Shown one piece after another: positions 50,651 to 61,113 of a stretch of 64,000 nt of DNA. Position 1 is the stretch's first letter, and every line of letters starts with the position of its first letter. Source of the DNA: Coleofasciculus sp. B1-GNL1-01 (GTDB taxonomy: Bacteria; Cyanobacteriota; Cyanobacteriia; Cyanobacteriales; Coleofasciculaceae); assembly GCA_040220235.1 (NCBI GenBank), contig JAVJTO010000044.1; one strand, written 5' to 3'. The notes beneath the pieces were generated by a model. The model was not told the DNA's origin. It did not search any database and saw nothing but the letters and a program-made list of their open reading frames with translations. Position numbers and translations under genes: made by a program.

Positions 50651-50953
50651 AGGTTTTTTGGACAGACACAGCCGTCAAGCATCTTTCCGGGATTTATGCC
50701 TACATCGCCCAAAATTCACCTCAATATGGGCGTCGAATGGTTGATCGTCTGACGAGACGAGACGTTTGAACAGATTGCTGCGTTTCCGGCTTCAGGTCGA
50801 ATGGTGCCAGAGTTTGAGAGGGAAGAAATTCGTGAAATGATTGAGGGGTCTTATCGGATGATTTATTACATTAAACCTGAGCAAATCGATGTACTTGCTG
50901 TGATCCATGGTTCACAACAAATCACTGAAGATTATCGCCCATCATCGGAGTAA
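50647..50953 (+). pseudogene. RelE/ParE toxin, frameshifted at a GAGAC duplication (about 50755-50765)
   Basis: VKVFWTDTA...YIAQNSP...VDRLTRR, continuing in another frame as EQIAAFPASGRMVPEF...YRMIYYI...VLAVIHG. Confidence 0.85.
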
Positions 50954-50962
50954 AATATTCTG

Positions 50963-51372
50963 ATGATTCAACAGGCGATCGCACTCCTCAATCAGGTTGG
51001 CTTAGAACTTACGGCAGAAGAGATGCGCGGTTATCGCAGTACACAGGACGAGACTACCGACTTCCTAGTGAAGCGGAGTGGGAATATGCCTGTCGTGCTC
51101 GAACAACAAAACCGTTTCATTTTGGCGAAACGATTACTACGGATTTAGCCAATTACAACGGCAACTCTACTTTTGGTGAAGGTCATAAGGGTGAGTATCG
51201 TGAACAGACTACCCCAGTTGGGAGTTTTCAGGTAGCGAACGCCTTTGGCTTATTCGATATGCATGGAAATGTGTGGGAATGGTGTGCTGATCATTGGCAT
51301 GATAGTTATGAAGGTGCGGCGTGGACTCCTTAGCCCTTGACACTTTTGCCCTTTTGCTCTCTGCCCTTTATT
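50963..51372 (+). pseudogene. Collapsed paralog of the FGE/DGR target gene
   Basis: 51024-51318 aligns to 46094-46388 (about 20 mismatches); 51319-51372 aligns to 46569-46622; 5' piece [20 protein letters not shown] is out of frame. Confidence 0.9.
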
Positions 51373-51865
51373 GTTTTCCTTAAAACTGATAGTTTAGCAT
51401 ACGCTTGTCCGGAAGACCCAAAGTTAGTCGTCACGCATAAGTCAAAAGGAACAAGTCAAAAGATGGAAGATTTAATATCTAAGTGTTATTGGTTTTGGAG
51501 AATTGCAGCGGATGATTCGATTACTGGGCTGGTGTTCTAGTTCCTCCGCGTACCTCTGCGCCACCCTCTGCGTCCTCTGCGTTAAAAAATATAATTCTGA
51601 TACCAACAGATTTGATATCACCTAATGTGTGGATGAGCAAAACCTAGGAAAAGGGCGGGTTTTGTTGAAAAGTTATCAGTGATATGTTTATTGAATCCCT
51701 AAACCCGCCCCTACAGTATTTCTAAACTAATAAACCCTGGCAATACTTCCTCCACTGAGTCTGGCAATTCCAGATGACTACTTTAGCAATTAAGCTGGCT
51801 TCTCGGATACCATCTTCTCCACCAAAATGCCAAACCGCTTATTGTTTACACTCCCCCACAACTAA

Positions 51866-53356
51866 CTACGAATCTAACTTAGGCAAACTGATGATATAAC
51901 GATCGCCTGATTCCGACAAACCCTGTACCGACAGTTTCCCGTGGTGGAGTTCGGCTAAATGACAACTGAGAAATAAGCCCAAACTTTCACGCGAATCGGT
52001 TTTCAGTAGCATTTCCCTCCCATTCACCATCAAGGTTTTGGACATGGAGACACTGGACAGAATGGGCGTTTTCAATGTCGCTGCACCGGGGGACTCAGCC
52101 TTACCGTTTTGCTTGTGCTTCTCGCTGTCTCGCCCCATTAAGGATACATCAGTTAATTCCTCATACACGGTGGGAACGCCTTCTCCTAGCCATGGATGAG
52201 ACACCCAAACCGCAATATTGAGCCTGTTTATTTTACGAGAAACATGAAGGCGAATTTCTCCTCCCGCTTCCGCCGAATAAATAACGCTGAGGATGACGTA
52301 GTACAGCATTTGCTGGGCTTTTTCCTTATCCAGCACCCAAAGCCGAGTTCCTGGTTCTATGGTCAAACGAATCTGTTGCTGATTTTGCTCAGCGGTTTCA
52401 ACCAGAGAATGAATTGCCTTTTGACAAAGCATTTCGATATCGACTGGACTCAAATTCAGATACGGTGGATTATTAATTTCATCGAACACATCCAGAGCCA
52501 TAATTTCCTCAACCAGGGAAACCAGATGCTGACCACTTTGATGGATAATTTCTAAATATTCTTTTTGTTTATCCGTTAGTTCACCATAAATTTGGCGATT
52601 GAGAACACTCGCCATGCCCATAATTGAGGTTAATGGTGTGCGGAGTTCTTGGGTTAGATGGGTGAGCAGTTGCAGCTTGATTGAGTGAGTTGAGCAGAAA
52701 GGAACAGAGGATTCGCTAACCCTACTCTGAGGGAAATTGGACTCATTGGGGGTTAGGGATTCACTCGAATGAGGAAAATCAGGTAGAATCGGGGTGTGCG
52801 ATCGCAACATCTTATTTCGCTCAAATTCACTCAGACACCATCGAGCAGTCATTGCCAGAAACTCACTATCTCTAGGGGTAAAAGAGCGAGGGACTAAATC
52901 CATCACCGCCAACGTCCCCAAGCACAATCCATCGGCTGTGAATAAAGGCGCTCCTAAATAAGCGCGGATACCGTAGTAACCCACAAGCAAACTTTGGGCA
53001 AAAACCGGATTACTTGCTGTATCGTGAATCGCTAAAACCTGCTGACTCTCGACAACATAGGTACAAAAACTTTCCTGACGTAACAATTGACGAGATTGGG
53101 CAAGGGGATTCATCAAACCCACCCTCGATAAACCCACGGCGGATTGAATTAAAAGTTGATCACTTGTCAGAAAACCCAACCAACCGATAGGAACCTCTAA
53201 AAATCGCACCGCCGTCTGAGTCGCTTCCTGGAAAACGGCGATCCCTTCAGCTTCCAGTAAACCGAGTTCGTGGAGAGTCGCAAGCCGTTTCTGGTCTTGT
53301 GCGGTTGAGTTCAAACCATTCAGATGACAACCAAGTCTCGTTTCCAACTCTGCCAT
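51866..53356 (-). CDS. GAF-domain histidine-kinase-like protein with a degenerate H-box
   Basis: SFCTYV...YLGAPL....LGTLAVMD GAF domain; TQELRTPLTSIMG in place of SHELRTPL. Confidence 0.85.
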   Translation of the reverse strand: MAELETRLGCHLNGLNSTAQDQKRLATLHELGLLEAEGIAVFQEATQTAVRFLEVPIGWLGFLTSDQLLIQSAVGLSRVGLMNPLAQSRQLLRQESFCTYVVESQQVLAIHDTASNPVFAQSLLVGYYGIRAYLGAPLFTADGLCLGTLAVMDLVPRSFTPRDSEFLAMTARWCLSEFERNKMLRSHTPILPDFPHSSESLTPNESNFPQSRVSESSVPFCSTHSIKLQLLTHLTQELRTPLTSIMGMASVLNRQIYGELTDKQKEYLEIIHQSGQHLVSLVEEIMALDVFDEINNPPYLNLSPVDIEMLCQKAIHSLVETAEQNQQQIRLTIEPGTRLWVLDKEKAQQMLYYVILSVIYSAEAGGEIRLHVSRKINRLNIAVWVSHPWLGEGVPTVYEELTDVSLMGRDSEKHKQNGKAESPGAATLKTPILSSVSMSKTLMVNGREMLLKTDSRESLGLFLSCHLAELHHGKLSVQGLSESGDRYIISLPKLDS

Positions 53357-53688
53357 AACTCCCCTTTGCCTATAGACTCTAGAAATAGACCAATTCAACG
53401 TATCTAAGCCAACCCCTAGTGTTACGCTTCATACATAAGGTTCCCCTGTGAGGTAGAAAAACCAACATAATTTGTAAAAGCATGTAGAGACGTGCCATGG
53501 CACGTCTGGGGACAGGGGAAGCGGGGGAAGCGGGGGGAGTAGGCGAAGATAAGGGAGAGGGAGATAGGTAATATGAGGGCGCTAACTCAAAACCAAGAAG
53601 CGAAAAGTCAAAACCAGGTTCCCTTGAGCCAAGCGAAGGGTCAAAACTCAAAACTTCCCCAATCCCCTTAAATGGCAAACTGGAAATA

Positions 53689-55431
53689 ATGCAAGTCCAG
53701 AACTTTCTCACTCGTTATCGCCAAGGAGACCGTGATTTTGCCCAGGTTGACCTGAGTGGTGTTAACCTGAAGGGGGCAGATTTGCGGACGATTAACTTAA
53801 GTGGGGCTAACCTGACGAATGCGAACCTCAGTTGGGCATCCCTTGACTACGCGAATCTCAGTGGTGCTTGTCTGCATCAGACAGATTTACATAACGCGAT
53901 CCTAAAACATAGTAATCTTAACCAAGCCATCTTGACCCGTGCAAATCTCAGCAAGGTGGATGGGCAATCCGCTAGTCTTTGCCAAGCCAATTTAAGTTGG
54001 GTAGAAGCCCCCTATTGTAACTTGAGTGGTGCAAACCTCCAGGCAGCCCAGTTGAATCATAGTAATCTTACAGAGGCTACCCTGGATAAAACTCAGCTAA
54101 TTAGCACACAGTTAATGGCGGCTAACCTCTACCAAGCCAGTCTCATTGCTGCCAATCTTACCACAGCCAACCTGCGGGAAGTTCTACTAGAGAGAGCCAA
54201 TTTACGAGACGCGATATTAGTCGGTGCGACATTAACCGAAGCGAACCTGCGTCAGGCTTGTTTGCGCTGTGCCAACCTGACTCAGGCAGAACTCTATCGA
54301 GCTATTTTAACCGATGCCGATCTCAGTGAAGTCACAGGCGATCGCGTAAATTTGAGTCGGGCAAATCTGATGGGGGCGTATTTACTCAGAGCCAGCTTAG
54401 TGAACGCTAATTTGCGACGCACGGTTCTCCAAAATGTTTATTGTTTACAGACGAATTTGACATCGGCTAATCTGCAAGGGGCGGATTTACGACAGGCTGA
54501 TTTAAGTGGGGCTTATTTAAATGAAACGATTTTAACCGAGGCAAATTTAACCGATGCCTATTTGATTGGTAGTTATTTAATTCGCCCCCAACTTGAGCAA
54601 GCCCAACTCACTGGATGCTGTATCCACAACTGGCATTTAGAAGAGGTAGATTTGACAAACGTGAATTGTCGTTACCTCTTTACCCAGTTTAATTGGGAAA
54701 CGAAAACCCCGAATAAACGCTATCCGCCTACAGGTGATTTGATACCGGGACAACTGAGTCAAGAGAAAACGACTGATTTGCTCTTAATCGAGGTTCCTTT
54801 CTTAGAAATGCCAAATAGAGAGGTATTGGTATTTACTCTCGCCCAAGTGGAGCAGGAATATCCTGATCTAAAACTGTCGCTGAAAGCCTTGAGTAGAGAA
54901 TTCGATCACTATATTCTTCACCTATCGGCAAAACAGGGAGTCAATCCCCAAGCGGTGAACCAACGCATCCTGCAAGTTTATCCCCAGATGTACCAACGTT
55001 TTGCCCATCACCGTCACAGAATTTGGCAATTACTAGAGATAGATAAGTCAGGAGCCTCCCAGGTCAACTCGTCGTTAAATTCGGCTACTTCACCCAATCC
55101 AACTCAAGTTTTAGCCAATAATCGCCGCCGTATCTATAAGGAAGTTATTCATCAAATCCAACAAATTATTCTATTCCAGCCGCCTGATAAATGCGCCGAA
55201 GGTATACAGCGACTGTTAGATTTTTTACGTCAACAGAATATTCCCACCCAAGATATTGTGCAAAAAATCATTCGTCAAGCCATGCTCAGGCGGGCGAAAC
55301 GCGATCCTTTATTTCAAACCCAGTTATTAGCATGGGAAAAAACGGCGGATCAATCGGCTCGTCTGTCTTTAACCGGGCAAGCCATGCATAGTGCGATCGC
55401 GCTGATCCTGTCTCAAGTCCAGCCCCCTTAG
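53689..55431 (+). CDS. Pentapeptide-repeat protein
   Basis: Long A(N/D)Lxx array after FL.RY.QGDRDF; helical C-terminal domain. Confidence 0.93.
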   Translation: MQVQNFLTRYRQGDRDFAQVDLSGVNLKGADLRTINLSGANLTNANLSWASLDYANLSGACLHQTDLHNAILKHSNLNQAILTRANLSKVDGQSASLCQANLSWVEAPYCNLSGANLQAAQLNHSNLTEATLDKTQLISTQLMAANLYQASLIAANLTTANLREVLLERANLRDAILVGATLTEANLRQACLRCANLTQAELYRAILTDADLSEVTGDRVNLSRANLMGAYLLRASLVNANLRRTVLQNVYCLQTNLTSANLQGADLRQADLSGAYLNETILTEANLTDAYLIGSYLIRPQLEQAQLTGCCIHNWHLEEVDLTNVNCRYLFTQFNWETKTPNKRYPPTGDLIPGQLSQEKTTDLLLIEVPFLEMPNREVLVFTLAQVEQEYPDLKLSLKALSREFDHYILHLSAKQGVNPQAVNQRILQVYPQMYQRFAHHRHRIWQLLEIDKSGASQVNSSLNSATSPNPTQVLANNRRRIYKEVIHQIQQIILFQPPDKCAEGIQRLLDFLRQQNIPTQDIVQKIIRQAMLRRAKRDPLFQTQLLAWEKTADQSARLSLTGQAMHSAIALILSQVQPP

Positions 55432-55519
55432 ACAACCATCCCTGACTTAATTACGAATTAGGGCTTGTTGCCAAAACCGGAAAAAAAAGCATTTGTCTAA
55501 GGAAAAGCTTAACTAACAC

Positions 55520-55548
55520 TTGACAAATAAGCGAATTTTCAGTATAAG
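55520..55548 (+). promoter_or_regulatory. Sigma70-type promoter
   Basis: TTGACA-17 bp-TATAAG. Confidence 0.55.
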
Positions 55549-55704
55549 AATGATCAGTCTTAGGTGAGAGAGGCGGTAAAGTTTTTTTAACATTCAACAG
55601 TTCTGGATGGAGAATAGAGCAAATTCTGTTAAAGTTCTGTGATCAGTGGGTAATCCCCTCTCTGTATCGTGTATGATAACAAGCTACAACCCTCAGGAAC
55701 TATC

Positions 55705-57260
55705 AAAACCGAGGCTGAGAACCCCCGTGTTTTAACCGGGGGATGAAAGCCTCGACAAGGTTTTAACCTTGCGTCTCCTGTGGCTTTCCTTGTGCAGATT
55801 CCTATTTTATAGGAAATAATAAAGGGGGTGATTAAACTGTATAGAACCATTCCAATTAAAGCCAAGTTTACTGATGAAGAGAAAGCGTACCATCTAGACC
55901 AATGCCAGAATGCTAATAGCTTAATTAATTGTGCAATTTATCACACCAGGCAGACTCATTATCAGTGGAGAGAGGAGCAATCTAACGCTTTTTCTGTCTA
56001 TTGGCGGGGTGATGAGTTGCGTTGTGGGTGGAAGCTGTACAAATGTCGTACAACTTACCCAGAGTTAGATAAGGCGCTTAAACTTAACCCACATTACAAA
56101 GCGTTAGCCGCCCAAGCTGCACAGCAAACATTAAAGTCTGTAGGTGAATCAATCAAAAGCTACAACAGCTTGGTTGACGCCTATTACCAGGGGGAGGTTA
56201 ACCGCCCATCGTTACCTGGCTACAGAAAGAAAGGTGGCTTGGCTGCGGTAACTTTTCCCAGGCAGGCTCTAACTTACAAAGATGGGTGTTTTAGCCCGTC
56301 CATTAGCCGAGAAACTAAGCCTGAACTAATCACTCAGATTGAGTTACCATTGCCAGAGTTTATTGACTCAGATTGGGTTAAAGAGGTAACGATTCGTCCT
56401 TGCTTAGGTGAGCTTTGGATTGATTGGATAATAGATGACGGGAAGGAACCCATCAAGGTCAACCCTAACTTGGATTACTCTCAAGCCTGGGGATTTGACC
56501 ACGGTGGCACTAATTGGTTAACCGGAGTATCAACCCACGGGGAAAGTCTGATCATTGACGGGCGTAAGCTCAAGTCGATGAATCAAGGGTATTGCCGCTT
56601 AGTTGCCAAGTATAAGCATGGCAAGTCCGAATTTTACTGGGATACCAATTTAGACCGAGTGCAACGTAAGCGAAATAACCAGATGAGGGATGCCATTAAC
56701 AAGGCAGCTAGATTTATCGTTAATCGGTGTTTGGTTGACGGCATTGGTAATCTGGTTATCGGCTGGAATGAGGGACAAAAAAACGGTTCCCAGATTGGGA
56801 AACGGGGAAACCAAAACTTTATGCCCATTCCCACGGGGAGGTTAATTGAACGCCTCAAACAGCTTTGTACAGAGTATGGGATTGTGTTGACCCTGACAGA
56901 AGAAGCATATACCAGCCAAGCATCATTCTTAGATGGTGATTCGTTACCGAAACACGGTGAGAAACCCCAAAGGTGGACACCATCGGGGAAAAGAGTGAAA
57001 CGTGGACTGTATAAAGCATCTGGCAATCAGCTAGTTAACGCTGATTGCAATGGGGCGGGGAATATACTCAGAAAAGTAGCCACACAGCTAGGGTTAAATC
57101 TAGCCAAGGTGGGTAGAGGTAGCTTGACACTGCCAAAACGGTATGACTTGTTTTCTAAGCTAAAACGATCATATCGTGAGAAATGTGAAGCGACAGTCTT
57201 TCAAGCTGTCGCGTAGCATCAACTCAGAATCCACTCTCTTTTAAGGAGTGGAGATGTCAA
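55705..57260 (+). mobile_element. IS200/IS605-family element with TnpB only (IS1341-like); left boundary approximate
   Basis: Left hairpin CCCCCG..CGGGGG (55722-42); right hairpin TCCACTC..GAGTGGA ending GTCAA at 57260; no tnpA. Confidence 0.8.
55828..57216 (+). CDS. tnpB: RNA-guided endonuclease TnpB
   Basis: AQAAQQTL, RuvC-I GFDHG, EEAYTSQASFLD, GKRVKRGLY, NADCNGAGNILRK. Confidence 0.92.
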   Translation: MIKLYRTIPIKAKFTDEEKAYHLDQCQNANSLINCAIYHTRQTHYQWREEQSNAFSVYWRGDELRCGWKLYKCRTTYPELDKALKLNPHYKALAAQAAQQTLKSVGESIKSYNSLVDAYYQGEVNRPSLPGYRKKGGLAAVTFPRQALTYKDGCFSPSISRETKPELITQIELPLPEFIDSDWVKEVTIRPCLGELWIDWIIDDGKEPIKVNPNLDYSQAWGFDHGGTNWLTGVSTHGESLIIDGRKLKSMNQGYCRLVAKYKHGKSEFYWDTNLDRVQRKRNNQMRDAINKAARFIVNRCLVDGIGNLVIGWNEGQKNGSQIGKRGNQNFMPIPTGRLIERLKQLCTEYGIVLTLTEEAYTSQASFLDGDSLPKHGEKPQRWTPSGKRVKRGLYKASGNQLVNADCNGAGNILRKVATQLGLNLAKVGRGSLTLPKRYDLFSKLKRSYREKCEATVFQAVA

Positions 57261-57310
57261 CCTAAACCCTTAATTCAGTGTAGCTGCCGTTTCTTAAGGA
57301 GATTAGTCCA

Positions 57311-58567
57311 TTGCCTCGTCGCTACCTATTCACGTCTGAATCGGTTACAGAAGGTCATCCCGATAAAATCTGTGATCAGATTTCCGATACGATCTTAGAT
57401 GCTCTACTCACCCAAGACAACCGCAGCCGTGTTGCCGCAGAAGTGGTAGTTAATACCGGATTGGTCTTGATTACGGGTGAAATTACCTCCCAAGCCAATG
57501 TAAATTACGTTGATATAGCCCGCAAAAAAATTGCCGAAATCGGCTATACCGACGCAGATAACGGCTTCTCAGCCAATAGCTGTTCTGTCTTAGTCGCCCT
57601 GGATGAACAATCTCCAGATATTTCCCAAGGTGTCACCACCGCCCAGGAAACGCGAGAAAAGTTGAGTGACGATGAACTCGATGCGATTGGTGCCGGGGAT
57701 CAAGGGTTGATGTTTGGTTTTGCCTGCAACGAAACCCCCGAACTTATGCCCATGCCCCTGAGTCTGGCACATCGCTTGTCTCGGCAGTTAACCGCTGTCC
57801 GTAAGTCAGGACAGTTGCCTTACCTGCGTCCCGATGGCAAAACCCAAGTGACGGTACTCTACGAAGATGGCAAACCCATCGGTATTGATACCATCTTAAT
57901 CTCGACCCAACACACCGCCACCATTGGTGAGATTACCAGTGAAGCGGCTGTCCGAGACAAAATTAAAGAGGATCTCTGGTCAGCAGTGGTTGAACCCGCG
58001 TTTGGAGATATTGAGATTAAGCCCGATAATAATACCCGTTTCTTAGTCAACCCCACCGGGAAATTTGTGATTGGTGGACCTCAAGGGGATTCAGGTCTCA
58101 CGGGGCGAAAAATCATTATTGATACCTACGGTGGCTATTCCCGTCACGGCGGCGGCGCATTTTCGGGCAAAGACCCCACCAAGGTAGACCGTTCGGCAGC
58201 CTATGCTTGTCGTTATGTTGCCAAAAATATTGTGGCAGCCGGTTTAGCCGAAAAGTGCGAAGTTCAACTCAGTTATGCCATTGGTGTTGCCCACCCTGTC
58301 AGTATTATGGTGGAAACCTTTGGTACGGGTAAAGTTGAAGAAGAAAAATTGCTAGAACTGGTACAACAGCATTTTGAACTGCGTCCAGCCGGGATTATTC
58401 AAGCCTTTAATCTGCTGGAACTCCCTAAATTAAGAGGGGGTCGCTTCTATCAAGATGTCGCGGCTTATGGTCATTTTGGACGTCCTAATTTGGATTTGCC
58501 TTGGGAACATACCGATAAAGCGGAACTCCTTAAAGAAGCCCTCAAACCATCGTTAGCCAGCGTGTAA
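57311..58567 (+). CDS. metK: S-adenosylmethionine synthetase
   Basis: [35 protein letters not shown]. Confidence 0.98.
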   Translation: MPRRYLFTSESVTEGHPDKICDQISDTILDALLTQDNRSRVAAEVVVNTGLVLITGEITSQANVNYVDIARKKIAEIGYTDADNGFSANSCSVLVALDEQSPDISQGVTTAQETREKLSDDELDAIGAGDQGLMFGFACNETPELMPMPLSLAHRLSRQLTAVRKSGQLPYLRPDGKTQVTVLYEDGKPIGIDTILISTQHTATIGEITSEAAVRDKIKEDLWSAVVEPAFGDIEIKPDNNTRFLVNPTGKFVIGGPQGDSGLTGRKIIIDTYGGYSRHGGGAFSGKDPTKVDRSAAYACRYVAKNIVAAGLAEKCEVQLSYAIGVAHPVSIMVETFGTGKVEEEKLLELVQQHFELRPAGIIQAFNLLELPKLRGGRFYQDVAAYGHFGRPNLDLPWEHTDKAELLKEALKPSLASV

Positions 58568-58586
58568 GCCGATTAATTTAATAGTT

Positions 58587-58618
58587 AGATCCCCGATTCT
58601 TGAAGAAGTCGGGGATCT
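58587..58618 (+). terminator. Hairpin after metK (terminator or REP-like)
   Basis: AGATCCCCGA-TTCTTGAAGAAG-TCGGGGATCT. Confidence 0.55.
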
Positions 58619-58762
58619 GAAGAAGTTGGGGATATGTGCAAGAGTAGGAATTGATTTTTTAGGCTCTATCAGAAAAGATTTCCATCTATTGATAGATGCG
58701 TCTTCGCAACGTTTCAACTAGCTTGAGAGTGAGAATTAAAGAAAAGAAGGACAAGTTAAAGT

Positions 58763-59017
58763 ATGGCAGCTTCAAATCCGCTCAAAGGCACTGATTTAGT
58801 TGATTGTGCTAAAGCGAACGCCAAGCAAGGACCCGAAACAGCAGCGAAACTCTGTGGCTACGGAGACGATATCTCAACCTTTACAGCGGAACTCAAGAAA
58901 GCCTGTGAGGGTATGGGTATCGAAATTGATCAAGTCAGCGATTTAATGACTGAGCAGCAGGCTCGAATTAAAGGTGACACTGAAGTTATTGCTCCGGAAA
59001 CACCAACCAACCTTTAA
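58763..59017 (+). CDS. Small hypothetical protein
   Basis: PLKGTDLVDCAKANAKQG...CGYG; clean ORF. Confidence 0.7.
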   Translation: MAASNPLKGTDLVDCAKANAKQGPETAAKLCGYGDDISTFTAELKKACEGMGIEIDQVSDLMTEQQARIKGDTEVIAPETPTNL

Positions 59018-59258
59018 GAGTGGGAGAGTGGGAGAGTGGGTGCATAGTGTAGATTTTTTACTGTATGGCGGCGACGCTTACTTAGTGGACAAGATGACTT
59101 GCTGGCGAAAAACGTACAAAAGTCGGGGGAAGGTGACAAAAATATAAATGGAAGCTTAGTTGTTCCCGAAAAATCTTCCTAGTCTACTTTCCTTGTTTGT
59201 CTCATGCTTATCCCTCTCACCCCATCACCCCATCACCCCCTCACCCCATCTCTAAACC

Positions 59259-60446
59259 TTAAACCTTCGCCGTTTCTGCAAAGCGAATCTTGAGATAATC
59301 TTCCTCAATCTTGGCACCAGCAGGTTTCAGTGCAGCTAAGGCTTGCGGGAGGACAAGATTGCGGCGGTGATTGCCAATCCGTACATTTAGCTCATCGCCT
59401 GTTTTATTCAATTGGATATGGTCTTTCGGTATACCGGGTAGATACAGTTCTAAACTATACTCGTTTTCGTTTTGAACAACCCGAATTGTGTTTTCCTGGT
59501 AGTAAACCTGAGTTGGGTCTTCGTCTGCATACAAGGTTTGCTTGAGTCGTTCTAGCGCCTCAAGTCCGCACATCTCTTCCGCAAAGAGGGGAACTTCTTT
59601 AACCGGAAGCGGACTAAAGTTTTGGTGGATTTCCTGGCGATATTCTTGCTGATGTTCTTTCCAATGTTGGAAGAAGGGGTCGGTTACTTGGTCGGGGATA
59701 ATCCGATTGGCAACGACTAAATCGGTGGAAACATTGTACAAGCTGAGGTAGGCGTGGGCGCGGAGGGATTCTTTAATCACCATTTTTTCCGGATTGGTGA
59801 TTAAGCGGACTGAGGTTTTGGTGTTATCAGTAAGAACCTTTTCAAGCTGTTCAATTTGCTCGTAGAATTCATAAGGAGCATCCATTACCTCATTATCAGG
59901 TAACGAAAATCCCGCGATGGGTTTGAACAGGGGTTCAACCAGGGGTCTCAACGCCACGGACATTTTTTGCAGGGGTTTATAAAAGCGACGCATATACCAC
60001 CCTCCCACTTCCGGTAAGCTGAGAAGCCGCAGTGCGGTTCCCGTGGGTGCTGAATCAATAATTAGCACCTCGTACTCCCCTTCGTCATAGTGACGCTTCA
60101 TCCGCACCAGACCGAAAATTTCATCCATTCCCGGAAGAATCGCTAATTCTTCCGCCTGAACCCCTTCTAGTCCCCGTGCTTGCAGTACCTGGGTAATATA
60201 GCGCTTCACCGCCCCCCAGTTTCCTTCCAATTCCATCAGCGCATCCAGTTCCGCCCCCCAAAGGTTAGGATGAACGAGTCGGGGTTCGTGACTGAGTTCC
60301 AGGTCGAAACTATCAGCGAGGGAATGAGCGGGATCTGTACTCAGCACTAAGGTTTTATAACCCAATTCGGCACAACGCAGACCTGTGGCTGCGGCTACGG
60401 AGGTTTTACCGACTCCGCCTTTGCCTGTCATCAAAATTACTCGCAT
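59259..60446 (-). CDS. ArsA/GET3-family ATPase with an HSP20-like C-terminus
   Basis: [22 protein letters not shown]. Confidence 0.93.
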   Translation of the reverse strand: MRVILMTGKGGVGKTSVAAATGLRCAELGYKTLVLSTDPAHSLADSFDLELSHEPRLVHPNLWGAELDALMELEGNWGAVKRYITQVLQARGLEGVQAEELAILPGMDEIFGLVRMKRHYDEGEYEVLIIDSAPTGTALRLLSLPEVGGWYMRRFYKPLQKMSVALRPLVEPLFKPIAGFSLPDNEVMDAPYEFYEQIEQLEKVLTDNTKTSVRLITNPEKMVIKESLRAHAYLSLYNVSTDLVVANRIIPDQVTDPFFQHWKEHQQEYRQEIHQNFSPLPVKEVPLFAEEMCGLEALERLKQTLYADEDPTQVYYQENTIRVVQNENEYSLELYLPGIPKDHIQLNKTGDELNVRIGNHRRNLVLPQALAALKPAGAKIEEDYLKIRFAETAKV

Positions 60447-60499
60447 AGATAATTTCGCTCACCTGAGAAACCTTTACATTTATTTACTGTATCGGGTTT

Positions 60500-60883
60500 T
60501 CACCGAAACAGTTGCTTGAGAACATTCAAGCGGGGGATATCCCAATAATCGATATGGGAAGAAATTAGTCCATCTGCATTTAGACGTAATTCGCTCCAAC
60601 CGGGGATAGAAATTCGTGGTTTCCAGGGGAGGGGTGTTGTCCAGCTTAAAGTCCAGCGCGTTTTGATGGTATCGCCGGATTGGGAAATGTCGTGTAGGTC
60701 GAGTTGGGGATTGATGAACCAGGTTTGGATGAATCCCAGCATTTGTTTGTAGCGATCAAGTCCCCGGAACTCGTTGAGGGGGTCTTTGAAAAAGACATTG
60801 TTGGCGTAGATGCTGTAGGTTTGGTCAACGGGAAAGCGTTGATAGTCCTGTTTGAGGATTTCAATAATGTCTCTATTTGTCAT
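60500..60883 (-). CDS. DUF2358 (SnoaL-like) protein
   Basis: IYANNVFFKDP..EFRG...LPWKP....HIDYW. Confidence 0.85.
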   Translation of the reverse strand: MTNRDIIEILKQDYQRFPVDQTYSIYANNVFFKDPLNEFRGLDRYKQMLGFIQTWFINPQLDLHDISQSGDTIKTRWTLSWTTPLPWKPRISIPGWSELRLNADGLISSHIDYWDIPRLNVLKQLFR

Positions 60884-60961
60884 TTATTATCGCTGAGATG
60901 TTATTTTTTTTACGATACCATACGTAGTCGGACACAATTCAACTTAAGCGTGAGGACAAGA

Positions 60962-60993
60962 GAACAGGGAATAGGGAATAGGGAATAGGGAAC
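60962..60993. repeat. Heptamer tandem repeat (GGGAATA)n, STRR-like
   Basis: About 4 units, directly visible. Confidence 0.8.
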
Positions 60994-61113
60994 AGTTAGG
61001 ATTTGCTCTTAGTCCAGCGCACCGAATGCATATCCAGATAATTCCGATAATAGTAAACTCATCCCACTGAGTCTTTGATGTGGAATGAGTTTAAAAGTTG
61101 ACTAAAGGTTTAT

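Noticed and set aside
51024..51372. Possible DGR template region
   Set aside because: It lacks the very segment corresponding to the C-terminal VR and has no AAC-rich run; differences are not confined to adenines.
55549..55705. Possible SAM riboswitch upstream of metK
   Set aside because: No SAM-I or SAM-II consensus recognisable by eye; an Infernal scan would be needed.
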